From: a virus
Taxonomy: Duplodnaviria; Caudoviricetes
IMG/VR virus record: IMGVR_UViG_3300025451_000021
Location: 1-46,120 of that record
Length of the DNA stretch: 46,120 nt
Reading direction: 5' to 3' (one strand)
Shown: positions 36,838-44,467 of the stretch, piece by piece
How the letters are laid out: each line of letters begins with the position of its first letter
How positions within the stretch are numbered: the stretch's first letter is position 1
Position numbers and translations under genes: made by a program
The notes under the pieces: model-generated
Databases searched by the model: none
What the model was told of the DNA's origin: nothing
The model's input: only the letters and a program-made list of their open reading frames with translations

Positions 36838-37226
36838 TGTATTACGCACAAATCAAAGACGGCATCGTCTGTGCCGTGACCCAGACAGCTGGCCCCATCG
36901 TCGCTGCCGACATGATCCCCATCGACGGCCTGCTCGACATCTGTGGCTACACCTACGCAGACGGTCAGTTTACTGCGCCTGTGGTCAGCCCCATTCCTGT
37001 GTCAGTCACTGCACTGCAAGGGATGCTCGCGCTGGATGCTGCTGGACTCTCCAGCCAGTACGACGCATGGGCCACATCCCCAGACCGCACGTTCGCTCAG
37101 AGAGCCTTCATTGACAAGGCTCAACGCTGGAGGCGTGACGACCCCACTCTGCAAGCTGCTGCAACCGCATTTGGCCTGACATCAGAGAACCTTGACCAGT
37201 TGTTTGTCGTCGCTGCGGGGCTGTGA
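36837..37226 (+). CDS. Tail fibre assembly-like protein
   Basis: MYYAQI..G; WRRDDP.L....A.GL....LDQLF. Confidence 0.6.
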   Translation: MYYAQIKDGIVCAVTQTAGPIVAADMIPIDGLLDICGYTYADGQFTAPVVSPIPVSVTALQGMLALDAAGLSSQYDAWATSPDRTFAQRAFIDKAQRWRRDDPTLQAAATAFGLTSENLDQLFVVAAGL

Positions 37227-37462
37227 TGCCGTACTGGCTGAACCTGTTTGTCGCCATTGACCAGCTGCTGAACGCGCTGCTGGCCGGTGCGCCTGACGAA
37301 ACCCTGAGCAGCCGCGCTTACCGCGCCGAACGCGATGGCAAGTGGTTTGGCCGACTGTTCAGGCCCGCCATTGATGTGCTGTTTTTTTGGCAGCCGCGCC
37401 ATTGCTATCAGGCCTACCTGGCTGAGGTGCAGCGCAAACAGTATTCAAGCAACTTCAGGTGA
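37226..37462 (+). CDS. Conserved phage hypothetical protein
   Basis: AIDQLLN.LL.G.PDETLSSR..ID.LFFWQ..HC. Confidence 0.7.
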   Translation: MPYWLNLFVAIDQLLNALLAGAPDETLSSRAYRAERDGKWFGRLFRPAIDVLFFWQPRHCYQAYLAEVQRKQYSSNFR

Positions 37463-37466
37463 CCGC

Positions 37467-37859
37467 ATGAGCGACCCCGCAACAGACCCCAACCACCACC
37501 CCAGCGGGTGGGACGGCGTTGAGCAACGCAAGCACCCGCCCACGCCACTGCACCGTGTGGCCGAGGTGCGGCTGACGGACGAAACCATTGAGTACCTGGA
37601 GCAAAAAATTGCCCAGGCTGTGCGCGACGGCATTGCCGGTGCCATTACCGAGGACGCGGCAGCCCGCTTCTGGGATGCTGGCCTGACGGTGCTGGAAAAG
37701 CAAGCCACAGCGCAGACCGGCAAGCTGGTGTTAAGTGGGCTGAGTGGCCTGGTCAGCAAGGGCTTTTTGTTCTTGCTGATTGGCGGGCTGGTGTACGCGG
37801 TGGGCGGGTGGACTGCCCTGGCGGGGTTGTTCAAAGCGTTGTTTCATTCAGGAGGTTGA
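37467..37859 (+). CDS. Membrane protein, holin candidate
   Basis: C-terminal hydrophobic segment; directly upstream of endolysin. Confidence 0.5.
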   Translation: MSDPATDPNHHPSGWDGVEQRKHPPTPLHRVAEVRLTDETIEYLEQKIAQAVRDGIAGAITEDAAARFWDAGLTVLEKQATAQTGKLVLSGLSGLVSKGFLFLLIGGLVYAVGGWTALAGLFKALFHSGG

Positions 37860-37864
37860 TGAAC

Positions 37865-38593
37865 ATGGCAAAGAAGATGAGCCAGCGGGGCATTGCCCTG
37901 ATTGTTGAGTTTGAGGGCTTCCGTGGGGATGCCTATTTGTGCCCGGCGGGCGTGCCCACCATTGGCTTTGGCTTTACCCACGGGGTGAAGCTGGGCGACA
38001 AGATGACGTTGGCGCAGGCCAAGGCGCGGTTGCAGCACGAGCTGGTGGCGTATGAGCAGGGTGTGCTGGCTGCGCTGAAGGTGCCGCCCACGCAGCCTGA
38101 GCTGGATGCCTGCGTGAGCCTGGCTTTCAACATTGGGGTGGCCGGGTTTGCCGGGTCTAGCGTGGTGCGGGCGCACAACCGGGGCGACTCGCAGGCAGCT
38201 GCACGGGCGTTTGGGCTTTGGAACAAGGCAAAGATTGACGGCAAGCTGCAACCCGTGAAGGGCCTGACGCGCCGCCGTGCCGCTGAGGCTGCGCTGTACC
38301 TGACGCCAGCCACCGGCGAGCCGCTGATTGACGGGCCGTTGCTGGCAATGCCGCAAGCGGTGGAGCCAGAGACGCCGATGACGGCCAGCACCATCAACAG
38401 GGCCAGCGTTGCGGCTGGCGGTACGGCAACGCTGGCAGCAGTCAGCGAGACGATCAACACAGTGAATGGGGTGAAAGATGGCGTGGAGTCTTTGGGTGGC
38501 TGGCTTGTCCCGGTATTGCTGGTGGCCGTGGTTGCTTTGTGTGGATACGTGGTGTGGCAGCGGCTGCATCAGCGCAAGGAGGGCTGGGCATAA
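37865..38593 (+). CDS. GH24 lysozyme (endolysin) with C-terminal TM segment
   Basis: EFEG....AY.CPAGVPTIGFG; SLAFNIG; GLTRRR.AE; GGAGG RBS. Confidence 0.92.
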   Translation: MAKKMSQRGIALIVEFEGFRGDAYLCPAGVPTIGFGFTHGVKLGDKMTLAQAKARLQHELVAYEQGVLAALKVPPTQPELDACVSLAFNIGVAGFAGSSVVRAHNRGDSQAAARAFGLWNKAKIDGKLQPVKGLTRRRAAEAALYLTPATGEPLIDGPLLAMPQAVEPETPMTASTINRASVAAGGTATLAAVSETINTVNGVKDGVESLGGWLVPVLLVAVVALCGYVVWQRLHQRKEGWA

Positions 38594-38656
38594 GAGGGAG
38601 ACGCCTGATGCCAGCTCTGTGGATCATGATGTTTTACGCCGTGTGGTGGGGGTGCT

Positions 38657-38863
38657 ATGCCTGAGCAATGGAAACGCGAACAAACCGAACGAGACCGCCG
38701 CCACCTGCTGCGAAAAATGACCAGCCAGGCTGACAACCGCATGCGCACCCGCACCGCCATTGAACTGTCGGCCGATGAGCTGGCAGCAGGGCAGCGCCCC
38801 GCTGACATACCGCTGCCCGATGCGGATGTAAATGACAGCAGCCTGCGCGGGGTGTTGACATGA
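38657..38863 (+). CDS. Hypothetical protein
   Basis: 68 aa, ATGA overlap with spanin. Confidence 0.5.
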   Translation: MPEQWKREQTERDRRHLLRKMTSQADNRMRTRTAIELSADELAAGQRPADIPLPDADVNDSSLRGVLT

Positions 38864-39414
38864 CCATTTACCCGGCATCAGGAAAATGGTTGCAGACGGG
38901 CGCTGTGCCCGTGCAGCTCATTGCCGCCCTGGCCGTTGCCGCCGCCCTGGTAGCCGCGTACTGGGGCATTTACACAACTGGCAGCAGGGCGGGGGCAGCC
39001 ACGGTCAAACAGCAGTGGGACCGAGACACCGCGTCACGCGCCCTGCGCACTGCCGAGCAAACCATTGAGCACCGCAACACCGAGCGGGCGCTGATTGACA
39101 ACGCTGCCATGCAGCAAAGGAGCCGACATGCCCAAGACCAACGCATTGCTGCTGTGCACGCTGCTGAGCTTGACCGCCTGCGCAACCGCCCCGAATTGCG
39201 GGCCGCAGACCGACCCGGTGAAGCCGCCGACCCTACCGCCACTGGTGTGGGATGCACCGGCGCGGGACTGGCAAGGGGAGATGCGGAGTTTCTTACTCGG
39301 TTTTCTGCCGACGCAGCCCGACTTGCCGCCGAGCTTGGGCGCTGCACCGCCAGTTACGACGCTGCCGAGCGGGCGTTGAGGGGTGCTGACGGCGGCGGTG
39401 CCGTGGAGCGGTAG
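38860..39414 (+). CDS. Rz-like inner-membrane spanin
   Basis: N-terminal TM, coiled coil, Cys residues, nested lipoprotein gene. Confidence 0.75.
   Translation: MTIYPASGKWLQTGAVPVQLIAALAVAAALVAAYWGIYTTGSRAGAATVKQQWDRDTASRALRTAEQTIEHRNTERALIDNAAMQQRSRHAQDQRIAAVHAAELDRLRNRPELRAADRPGEAADPTATGVGCTGAGLARGDAEFLTRFSADAARLAAELGRCTASYDAAERALRGADGGGAVER
39128..39379 (+). CDS. Rz1-like outer-membrane spanin, nested in +1 frame
   Basis: MPKTNALLLCTLLSLTAC lipobox, Pro-rich tail. Confidence 0.75.
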   Translation: MPKTNALLLCTLLSLTACATAPNCGPQTDPVKPPTLPPLVWDAPARDWQGEMRSFLLGFLPTQPDLPPSLGAAPPVTTLPSGR

Positions 39415-39480
39415 CGGGGAGGGGTTTTGCTCCAGTGGGTTGATCGGTTGATCAGCCTTTCTTGCAGGGATTGGCGTGCA

Positions 39481-40497
39481 TTAATCGCTTCTGTCACTCT
39501 TAGCGACTGTTTTGCCAATGCATATTTGTCGATCATCACCATCAACTTCGTTAGCAGTCAAAAGCATGTCGCCCTGCACCGCCGTGTCGCCAGCGCCGAC
39601 TTTTGCTATCCGCTCGCACGCCAGATCAAAAAACCGCCTGTCTCGCTCAATCCCAACAAACGGCAGTCCTAGTTCAGCGCAAACCGCGCCAGTTGTCCCG
39701 CTTCCAAGGAACGGATCGCACACGACGCCAAAACCCCAAAGCAGAACCATGCGCCGCGCCAACTCGTCAGGAAACTTTGCCGGGTGGTCGTCGTTGTTCC
39801 GCACGGAAGGAATCGCCCAAACTGACCGGCTACCCCATTGCCCCCACTCTGACACTTGTAGGCGTGCGCGGTCAAAAGTCGGCACGCTGCCGGCCTTGCG
39901 GAAGCACAGCACATGCTCGTGTTCGTCAACCGCACGGTCGCTCAGTGAGTGGTATTGACAGGTTTGCCAGCAGGGGTCTTTCACCCAAACCCGCGAATCG
40001 TGCAGGTAGTACCCGGCCACGCTGGCCAAGTCCGAAGCCGCCGCACCAGAAAGAAAAACTCTTGTCTGTGCCTCCGCTTTGCTGCCCCTTGCGTTGTTCC
40101 CGAAAAGCCTCCGGTCTATTGTTTGCTCGCTGCACGCCAGTGCCTCGGCAATCTCCTTCTTGTTGCGCCCCCTGCCGGCTATCGCCGCGTCAATTACGTC
40201 CTGCGCGGTGACTGTGTTCTTCCTGCCAACAACGTCAGCCCGCACGGGGGCTATCAGCTTGTCCTCATGGCAGCGCACATCAGCCAAGTTCAAAACCACA
40301 ATTTCCGCGTCAGTCGCAGCAAAGAACCCCGACATCAGCGCCAACCATTCAAGCCTGCCGCCGCGTTCGTATTCCTTGCCAACCCCATAAGGCGGGCTGG
40401 TCACTATCGAGCCTGCCGCGACCGATGGCAAAATCTCGCGGCAGTCTCCGTGCCACAGTTCGCAATTCCCGATTGTCACTTTCTCAGCCATCATCAT
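39481..40497 (-). CDS. Beta-class amino DNA methyltransferase (probably N4-C) with HTH-like insertion
   Basis: GDC, TSPPY, SVW.I, HPAKFP, DPFLGSGTT, GIE. Confidence 0.9.
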   Translation of the reverse strand: MMMAEKVTIGNCELWHGDCREILPSVAAGSIVTSPPYGVGKEYERGGRLEWLALMSGFFAATDAEIVVLNLADVRCHEDKLIAPVRADVVGRKNTVTAQDVIDAAIAGRGRNKKEIAEALACSEQTIDRRLFGNNARGSKAEAQTRVFLSGAAASDLASVAGYYLHDSRVWVKDPCWQTCQYHSLSDRAVDEHEHVLCFRKAGSVPTFDRARLQVSEWGQWGSRSVWAIPSVRNNDDHPAKFPDELARRMVLLWGFGVVCDPFLGSGTTGAVCAELGLPFVGIERDRRFFDLACERIAKVGAGDTAVQGDMLLTANEVDGDDRQICIGKTVAKSDRSD

Positions 40498-40572
40498 CCT
40501 TTCGTTTGCCTGCTAACACGTCGCTCAACACGGACGCAGGCGATAAAGCCGCCTGCGCCGGTTAGCTAGGCG
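39551..40572 (+). mobile_element. Integron-like cassette A (methyltransferase, inverted)
   Basis: Core GTTAGCAG 39550-39557 is the exact reverse complement of CTGCTAAC 40510-40517. Confidence 0.75.
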
Positions 40573-40578
40573 TTACGG
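40511..40578 (+). repeat. attC-like site 1
   Basis: TGCTAAC..GCT(C)AAC(A)CGG(A)CGCAGGCG-loop-CGCCTGCG CCG GTTAGC..GTTACGG. Confidence 0.85.
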
Positions 40579-40584
40579 TGCCGT

Positions 40585-40956
40585 TCATGGCTTGGCATCC
40601 ATAGCAGCGTCAATGTCATTGTCAAGATTGGCTGTGTTCACCCACTCACTGCCACGGCGGTCACTGTTCTGCTTCCATGCCAGATGACACAGCGGGTCGA
40701 ACCGCTCATGCTCTGATCGCAGCCACTGATACCTCGCAGCATCCTTCTCAGCCTCTGCCAACCGCTTTGCCTGCCTGTCACACAGGTCTTGCAACTCAGA
40801 CGCAATGATTGTCAGCCTCTCCACCTCGTCGCACAGGGCGATGACTGTTGCTGGTGTCATCATGCAGATAAACGGCATGTTTCCTTCACCGGGGTCAATC
40901 CACGGTTGTGGTGTTGCAGCTTCAGCCGCTGCCTTGATTGCTTTGGTGTCGATCAT
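40585..40956 (-). CDS. Ead/Ea22-like protein
   Basis: AAEAATPQPW..FI...TPATVIAL.DEVERL..KDAARYQWLR..LD..IDAAM. Confidence 0.75.
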   Translation of the reverse strand: MIDTKAIKAAAEAATPQPWIDPGEGNMPFICMMTPATVIALCDEVERLTIIASELQDLCDRQAKRLAEAEKDAARYQWLRSEHERFDPLCHLAWKQNSDRRGSEWVNTANLDNDIDAAMDAKP

Positions 40957-41168
40957 TTCCAAATGTCCTTATAAATGCTGCCGGGTTGCCCCTGCTTATT
41001 GCTGCCAGTGCATTCAAGTCTGTGATCGCTTGCCTTTGGGCAACGCTTGTTGCCACACACGGGGCACAGAGTCATTTGTGTGCTGCTAAGTGGGACCTTC
41101 CACTTACCGACAACGGTGTGCAGGTCGTGTTCCTTGATGCAGCGGTGGCATTCGCATTGGTCAGTCAT
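40953..41168 (-). CDS. Small Cys-rich protein
   Basis: CECHRC..CPVCGNKRCPKASDH..CTGSN..GQPGS. Confidence 0.75.
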   Translation of the reverse strand: MTDQCECHRCIKEHDLHTVVGKWKVPLSSTQMTLCPVCGNKRCPKASDHRLECTGSNKQGQPGSIYKDIWK

Positions 41169-41886
41169 CGCTCACTCCCAACTTCGCCCACACAGCCTGC
41201 TCAATCGTTCTTGCGTCAGATAAGAACAACTCTCTGTTCTGTGCGCTTGACACGTACTCAACGTCCAGTGCTGTAAGTATTTCGCTGTCACTCAGCTTCA
41301 CAGCCTTGCGGGGTTGTGCTGTTCGCATTTGCCACCCGAACACATCAGGATTCTCAAGCGACAGTCCACGGTTGCCTGACCACTCTTTGATTCGCTCGAC
41401 CATCGGTGATGCATTCGAGCACGACCCCACTTCAATCATTACTTTGTGGCTCGTCAGGAACCCGGCAAAGTCAAATATTGCACCAGCCACAACATCATGG
41501 CTTGGCTCCTGCACTGGTGCTGGTTGCGTGTGTAACCAACAGTCGCAATCGGTCGATGCAGACAGTTGCTCTTGCGTCCCAACACGCTCACAGCCCAAGC
41601 ATTGGAGCAACACTGGCTTCGAGGCTGGTGCTGGTTGTTGCTCCTGCACTGGTGCTGGCTGGGGTGCTGAGTTTGCATCTCGCAACCCCATCACATAGGC
41701 AACTTGCAATTGCGTCAATGGGTCAAGCTTTTCAGCCTGCTCCACCGCTGGTTGTTCAAGCGCGGCTCTGAGTGCGGTGGCGGCTTCAGCAAACATCGAA
41801 GACGTAAGCACGTTGTCGGCTTCATTCAGCGCCTCAATTGCCTGCCGCAGCAGTTCGCGGCTCACTGTGATGTTAGGCGTATTCAT
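41161..41886 (-). CDS. Mosaic hypothetical protein with PAPVQE linkers
   Basis: Start MNTPNITVSRELL at ATGA overlap 41886; PAPVQE twice; KLSDSEI. Confidence 0.7.
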   Translation of the reverse strand: MNTPNITVSRELLRQAIEALNEADNVLTSSMFAEAATALRAALEQPAVEQAEKLDPLTQLQVAYVMGLRDANSAPQPAPVQEQQPAPASKPVLLQCLGCERVGTQEQLSASTDCDCWLHTQPAPVQEPSHDVVAGAIFDFAGFLTSHKVMIEVGSCSNASPMVERIKEWSGNRGLSLENPDVFGWQMRTAQPRKAVKLSDSEILTALDVEYVSSAQNRELFLSDARTIEQAVWAKLGVSDD

Positions 41887-42779
41887 GCAGCGCACCGCAC
41901 TGCGTAGTCTTTTGTCACCACGCATGTACCACGGGCAGCGGCGACCACCGTGGCGTTCACCCAAATACGTCGGTCGTCTGCCAGCCGCCTGATGTGGCCG
42001 CGCCGCAAGTGTTCGCGTGGCGAGCGGTGGCCTCCAGTTTCCGCACCTTCTCCAGCCGAGCCCGCCCTGCCTGGCGCGGCGATGGTCAGGAGGTGATAAG
42101 TGTCGAAAGGCAGTGCGGATTTGATTTTCTTGCCTGCGCGTTTTGGATCGCTTCGATGAGCCTGCACATTTGAGCAATGCAAGATGTTCAGGAAACAGAG
42201 AAGCGCCCCAAGTTCGTCCATGTAGTCAGACATAGGAACGCGCGGATTCTGGAACGCCGCCTTGATTGCGGGGCGACCGGAATAGCTCATGCCACGATCC
42301 AGATAGCCGACATTCGGAATGGCGCACTCTGGCAGCACCCGCCAAAGGCCATCATGTCGCGTCCAAAATGCGACCGTGGCAACGATGTAGTCGCCGTGCT
42401 CCCTTGCGTATACAACACGCTTGGGCGCGCTCACAGAGTCCCCGGCCTCGTACTGAGGCACGCCGTTCACATGGCCCACAGGCTCGTCCATTTCTCGGTC
42501 GCGCCCATTAGATTGGTATTCCAGTGCAATGCATGGGTACGGCAGCCGCAGCGGCACCGACTCGTCCAGCGCTCGGAATTCATTGTCGTCATACAGGCGC
42601 CCACCGTCCGGCAGGATGAACTTCGTAGAAGACCCGTGCAGATCTACCACGCTAGACAGCAAAGCCCGCCGATCATGCTCGATCCCCGGAACCGTCAGCA
42701 GGTCCATGCACTGCCGCGCAAGTTGCCGGCTGTAATTCAAGTGTTCCATCATCATGTCTCCAATACGCCTAACTGTGGG
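41873..42779 (+). mobile_element. Integron-like cassette B ending in a mini att site
   Basis: GTTAGGCGTATT 41872-41883 is the exact reverse complement of AATACGCCTAAC 42762-42773. Confidence 0.7.
41883..42755 (-). CDS. Conserved phage hypothetical protein
   Basis: LRLPYP..ALEY; C-terminal SPREHLRRGHIRRL....IWV. Confidence 0.8.
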   Translation of the reverse strand: MMMEHLNYSRQLARQCMDLLTVPGIEHDRRALLSSVVDLHGSSTKFILPDGGRLYDDNEFRALDESVPLRLPYPCIALEYQSNGRDREMDEPVGHVNGVPQYEAGDSVSAPKRVVYAREHGDYIVATVAFWTRHDGLWRVLPECAIPNVGYLDRGMSYSGRPAIKAAFQNPRVPMSDYMDELGALLCFLNILHCSNVQAHRSDPKRAGKKIKSALPFDTYHLLTIAAPGRAGSAGEGAETGGHRSPREHLRRGHIRRLADDRRIWVNATVVAAARGTCVVTKDYAVRCAA

Positions 42780-43033
42780 TTAGACGGCGCATCCTCCACC
42801 GTCAGCAGATAGATGCCGTACTTGCTCGGCCACTTGTCGCCATCGGCTTTTGCCTTCGCTATCGTGTCGCGGATCGCCGCGTTTGCCGCTGCTTGTGTTG
42901 CAAACATCGTCGCCGTTCCGCCGCGCCTCAAAAGTTGGTCTGGCGCAATGTCCCCATCCTTGCCGTATGCAAGCGGCGCGAACCATTCCGGCATTTCTTT
43001 GCGCAGTGGTGCGCTCATCACGATGTAGCCCAT
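42752..43033 (-). CDS. Hypothetical protein reading through the mini att site
   Basis: AAGGA RBS; ends ..PSNPQLGVLET. Confidence 0.7.
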   Translation of the reverse strand: MGYIVMSAPLRKEMPEWFAPLAYGKDGDIAPDQLLRRGGTATMFATQAAANAAIRDTIAKAKADGDKWPSKYGIYLLTVEDAPSNPQLGVLET

Positions 43034-43267
43034 GTCTATTTCCTTTCTTCGTAGTCAGCGCATTTGCGCTTGTAGCCGTAGTCAAGATCGTGCGGGTTGT
43101 CGTTGCGCTGCGAGTACCATCGCGGCTTATGGCCTTTCTCGCAAACCTTCGCGCCCGGCACGTCCTCGTCGTTGTAGTGCCTGCATTCGTCGCAGTGTCT
43201 CGTTTCCACCGTCTAACCCTCCGCTCCAGTGGGACGCTCGCTATGCTCGCGCCCCTGAGCTATGGCG
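42780..43267 (+). mobile_element. Integron-like cassette C
   Basis: GTTAGACGG 42779-42787 is the exact reverse complement of CCGTCTAAC 43209-43217. Confidence 0.75.
43036..43209 (-). CDS. 57-aa Cys/His protein (below ORF-track cutoff)
   Basis: Manual translation METRHCDECRHY..VCEKGHKPRWY..GYKRKCADYEERK; GTG start adjacent to the attC R'' box. Confidence 0.6.
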   Translation of the reverse strand: METRHCDECRHYNDEDVPGAKVCEKGHKPRWYSQRNDNPHDLDYGYKRKCADYEERK

Positions 43268-43273
43268 TTACTT
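43211..43273 (+). repeat. attC-like site 2
   Basis: GTCTAAC..GCTC(C)AG(T)GGG(A)CGC-loop-GCG CCC CTGAGC..GTTACTT. Confidence 0.85.
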
Positions 43274-43651
43274 CGCTGCTTTTGGCTCAGGCCGTGGCAG
43301 CATCCACACCCGACCCATGCCGTCGCCGTAGTCCTGCATACTGCGGACCATGCATGTCGGGTGCTTGCGCTCGACGTGCTTCTTGATTGCGTTGGCGAGT
43401 CGATTCACGTCTGAGCTGGGGCACTTGATGCACTGGCCGGGCTTGAGCTTGGACAGCAGCGCGTCGTACTTCCCTTCTGGCGACACCCTGTGTTCAGGGA
43501 TGGGGTCGTCACAAATTGACAGCCCGCCAATATCAACAGTTGGGGTGGCTGGCTTTGGTCGAATGCGTGTGTTCATGGCTTTTTCTGGTGCGGCCACTGG
43601 CTGGCCGATGAATGGGTTGATGCCGCCGACGAAAGTGGTTTTCGCTGTCAT
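43268..43651 (-). CDS. Hypothetical DNA-binding-like protein
   Basis: I.DDPIP..KYD.L..KLKPGQ.I..GRVW; ATGA overlap. Confidence 0.7.
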   Translation of the reverse strand: MTAKTTFVGGINPFIGQPVAAPEKAMNTRIRPKPATPTVDIGGLSICDDPIPEHRVSPEGKYDALLSKLKPGQCIKCPSSDVNRLANAIKKHVERKHPTCMVRSMQDYGDGMGRVWMLPRPEPKAAK

Positions 43652-44139
43652 GCCGACATCCCGCTGATAGCCTGGCGCGGGTCTCGCTTGCAAAACGTCG
43701 CGCTGTTGATCGGGCTTACCTTCTTGATGACGGTCTGCTGTGTCTTTGGTGGTACGCCCTCAATCCCCATCGGCGCGGAGTGAGTCACGAACGTGTCGCC
43801 GCGTCGGCTGGGCAGGGTGAGCGCATCGCCGCCTCCCTCGCGCACATGCCATGGGCTGGGGGTGTAGTCGCCCTTGGGGCGGAATGAAGGTCCGCGCAGC
43901 ACAGGCGCATCGCCCTGTTCTTTCGGTGCCCGTGGCACATCTGATGTGGTGGAGTACCAGGCCGTGGAGCGGTTGTCTTCGGCCCGGTTCTCAACGAGGT
44001 ATTTGCCAGCCAGCTTGGTCGCGTTCTCGGCTACTTGCTTGCGGGTCACATTCGTCAGCAGCAACGAGATTTCCAGCGACGACTTGCCGGGGTTGGCCTT
44101 GATGGCGGCAAGGATGCGGGATGAGAGGGTTCCGGTCAT
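43648..44139 (-). CDS. Protein with N-terminal winged-helix-like domain
   Basis: RILAAIKANPGKSSLEIS..VTRKQV....KL. Confidence 0.65.
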   Translation of the reverse strand: MTGTLSSRILAAIKANPGKSSLEISLLLTNVTRKQVAENATKLAGKYLVENRAEDNRSTAWYSTTSDVPRAPKEQGDAPVLRGPSFRPKGDYTPSPWHVREGGGDALTLPSRRGDTFVTHSAPMGIEGVPPKTQQTVIKKVSPINSATFCKRDPRQAISGMSA

Positions 44140-44411
44140 GATTCCAGCCATTCGAAAACGGTTTTGACTCGCACGTTGTGGGCACGCGCCTCACGCAGCA
44201 CGACATTTGGGGCAATCTCAGCAGGCGTGATACCCGGCAGCACGGCCACGCCATCGCAATCACGCAGAGCCGTTCCGTCCGTGTGCTGCTGGCCTGATGT
44301 TGCAAATCCTTGGCGCTCAAGTGCTGCTCGGGCTTTCGCGAATGCAATTGCGTTGGCTGCCGGGAGGTTGAGCTGGGGGCCAACGATGAAGATGGTTTTT
44401 TGTTTGCGCAT
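44136..44411 (-). CDS. DUF4406-like protein, degenerate
   Basis: IFIVGP...P..N..AF......L...G..L.DCDGVAVLPG. Confidence 0.6.
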   Translation of the reverse strand: MRKQKTIFIVGPQLNLPAANAIAFAKARAALERQGFATSGQQHTDGTALRDCDGVAVLPGITPAEIAPNVVLREARAHNVRVKTVFEWLES

Positions 44412-44423
44412 GTGTTTGGGTAT

Positions 44424-44447
44424 GAAAAAACCCGCACTGGGCGGGCT
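44424..44447 (-). terminator. Rho-independent terminator
   Basis: Minus strand CCCGC-ccagt-GCGGG-TTTTTT. Confidence 0.7.
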
Positions 44448-44467
44448 GTGTATGGGGTTGAAGCGGG

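Noticed and set aside
35526-37226. Diversity-generating retroelement acting on tail fibres
   Set aside because: No reverse transcriptase and no TR/VR pair seen; the repeats are simple coding repeats.
40572-41872. A fourth cassette between attC 1 and cassette B
   Set aside because: No CCGTAAC box complementary to GTTACGG was seen before 41872.
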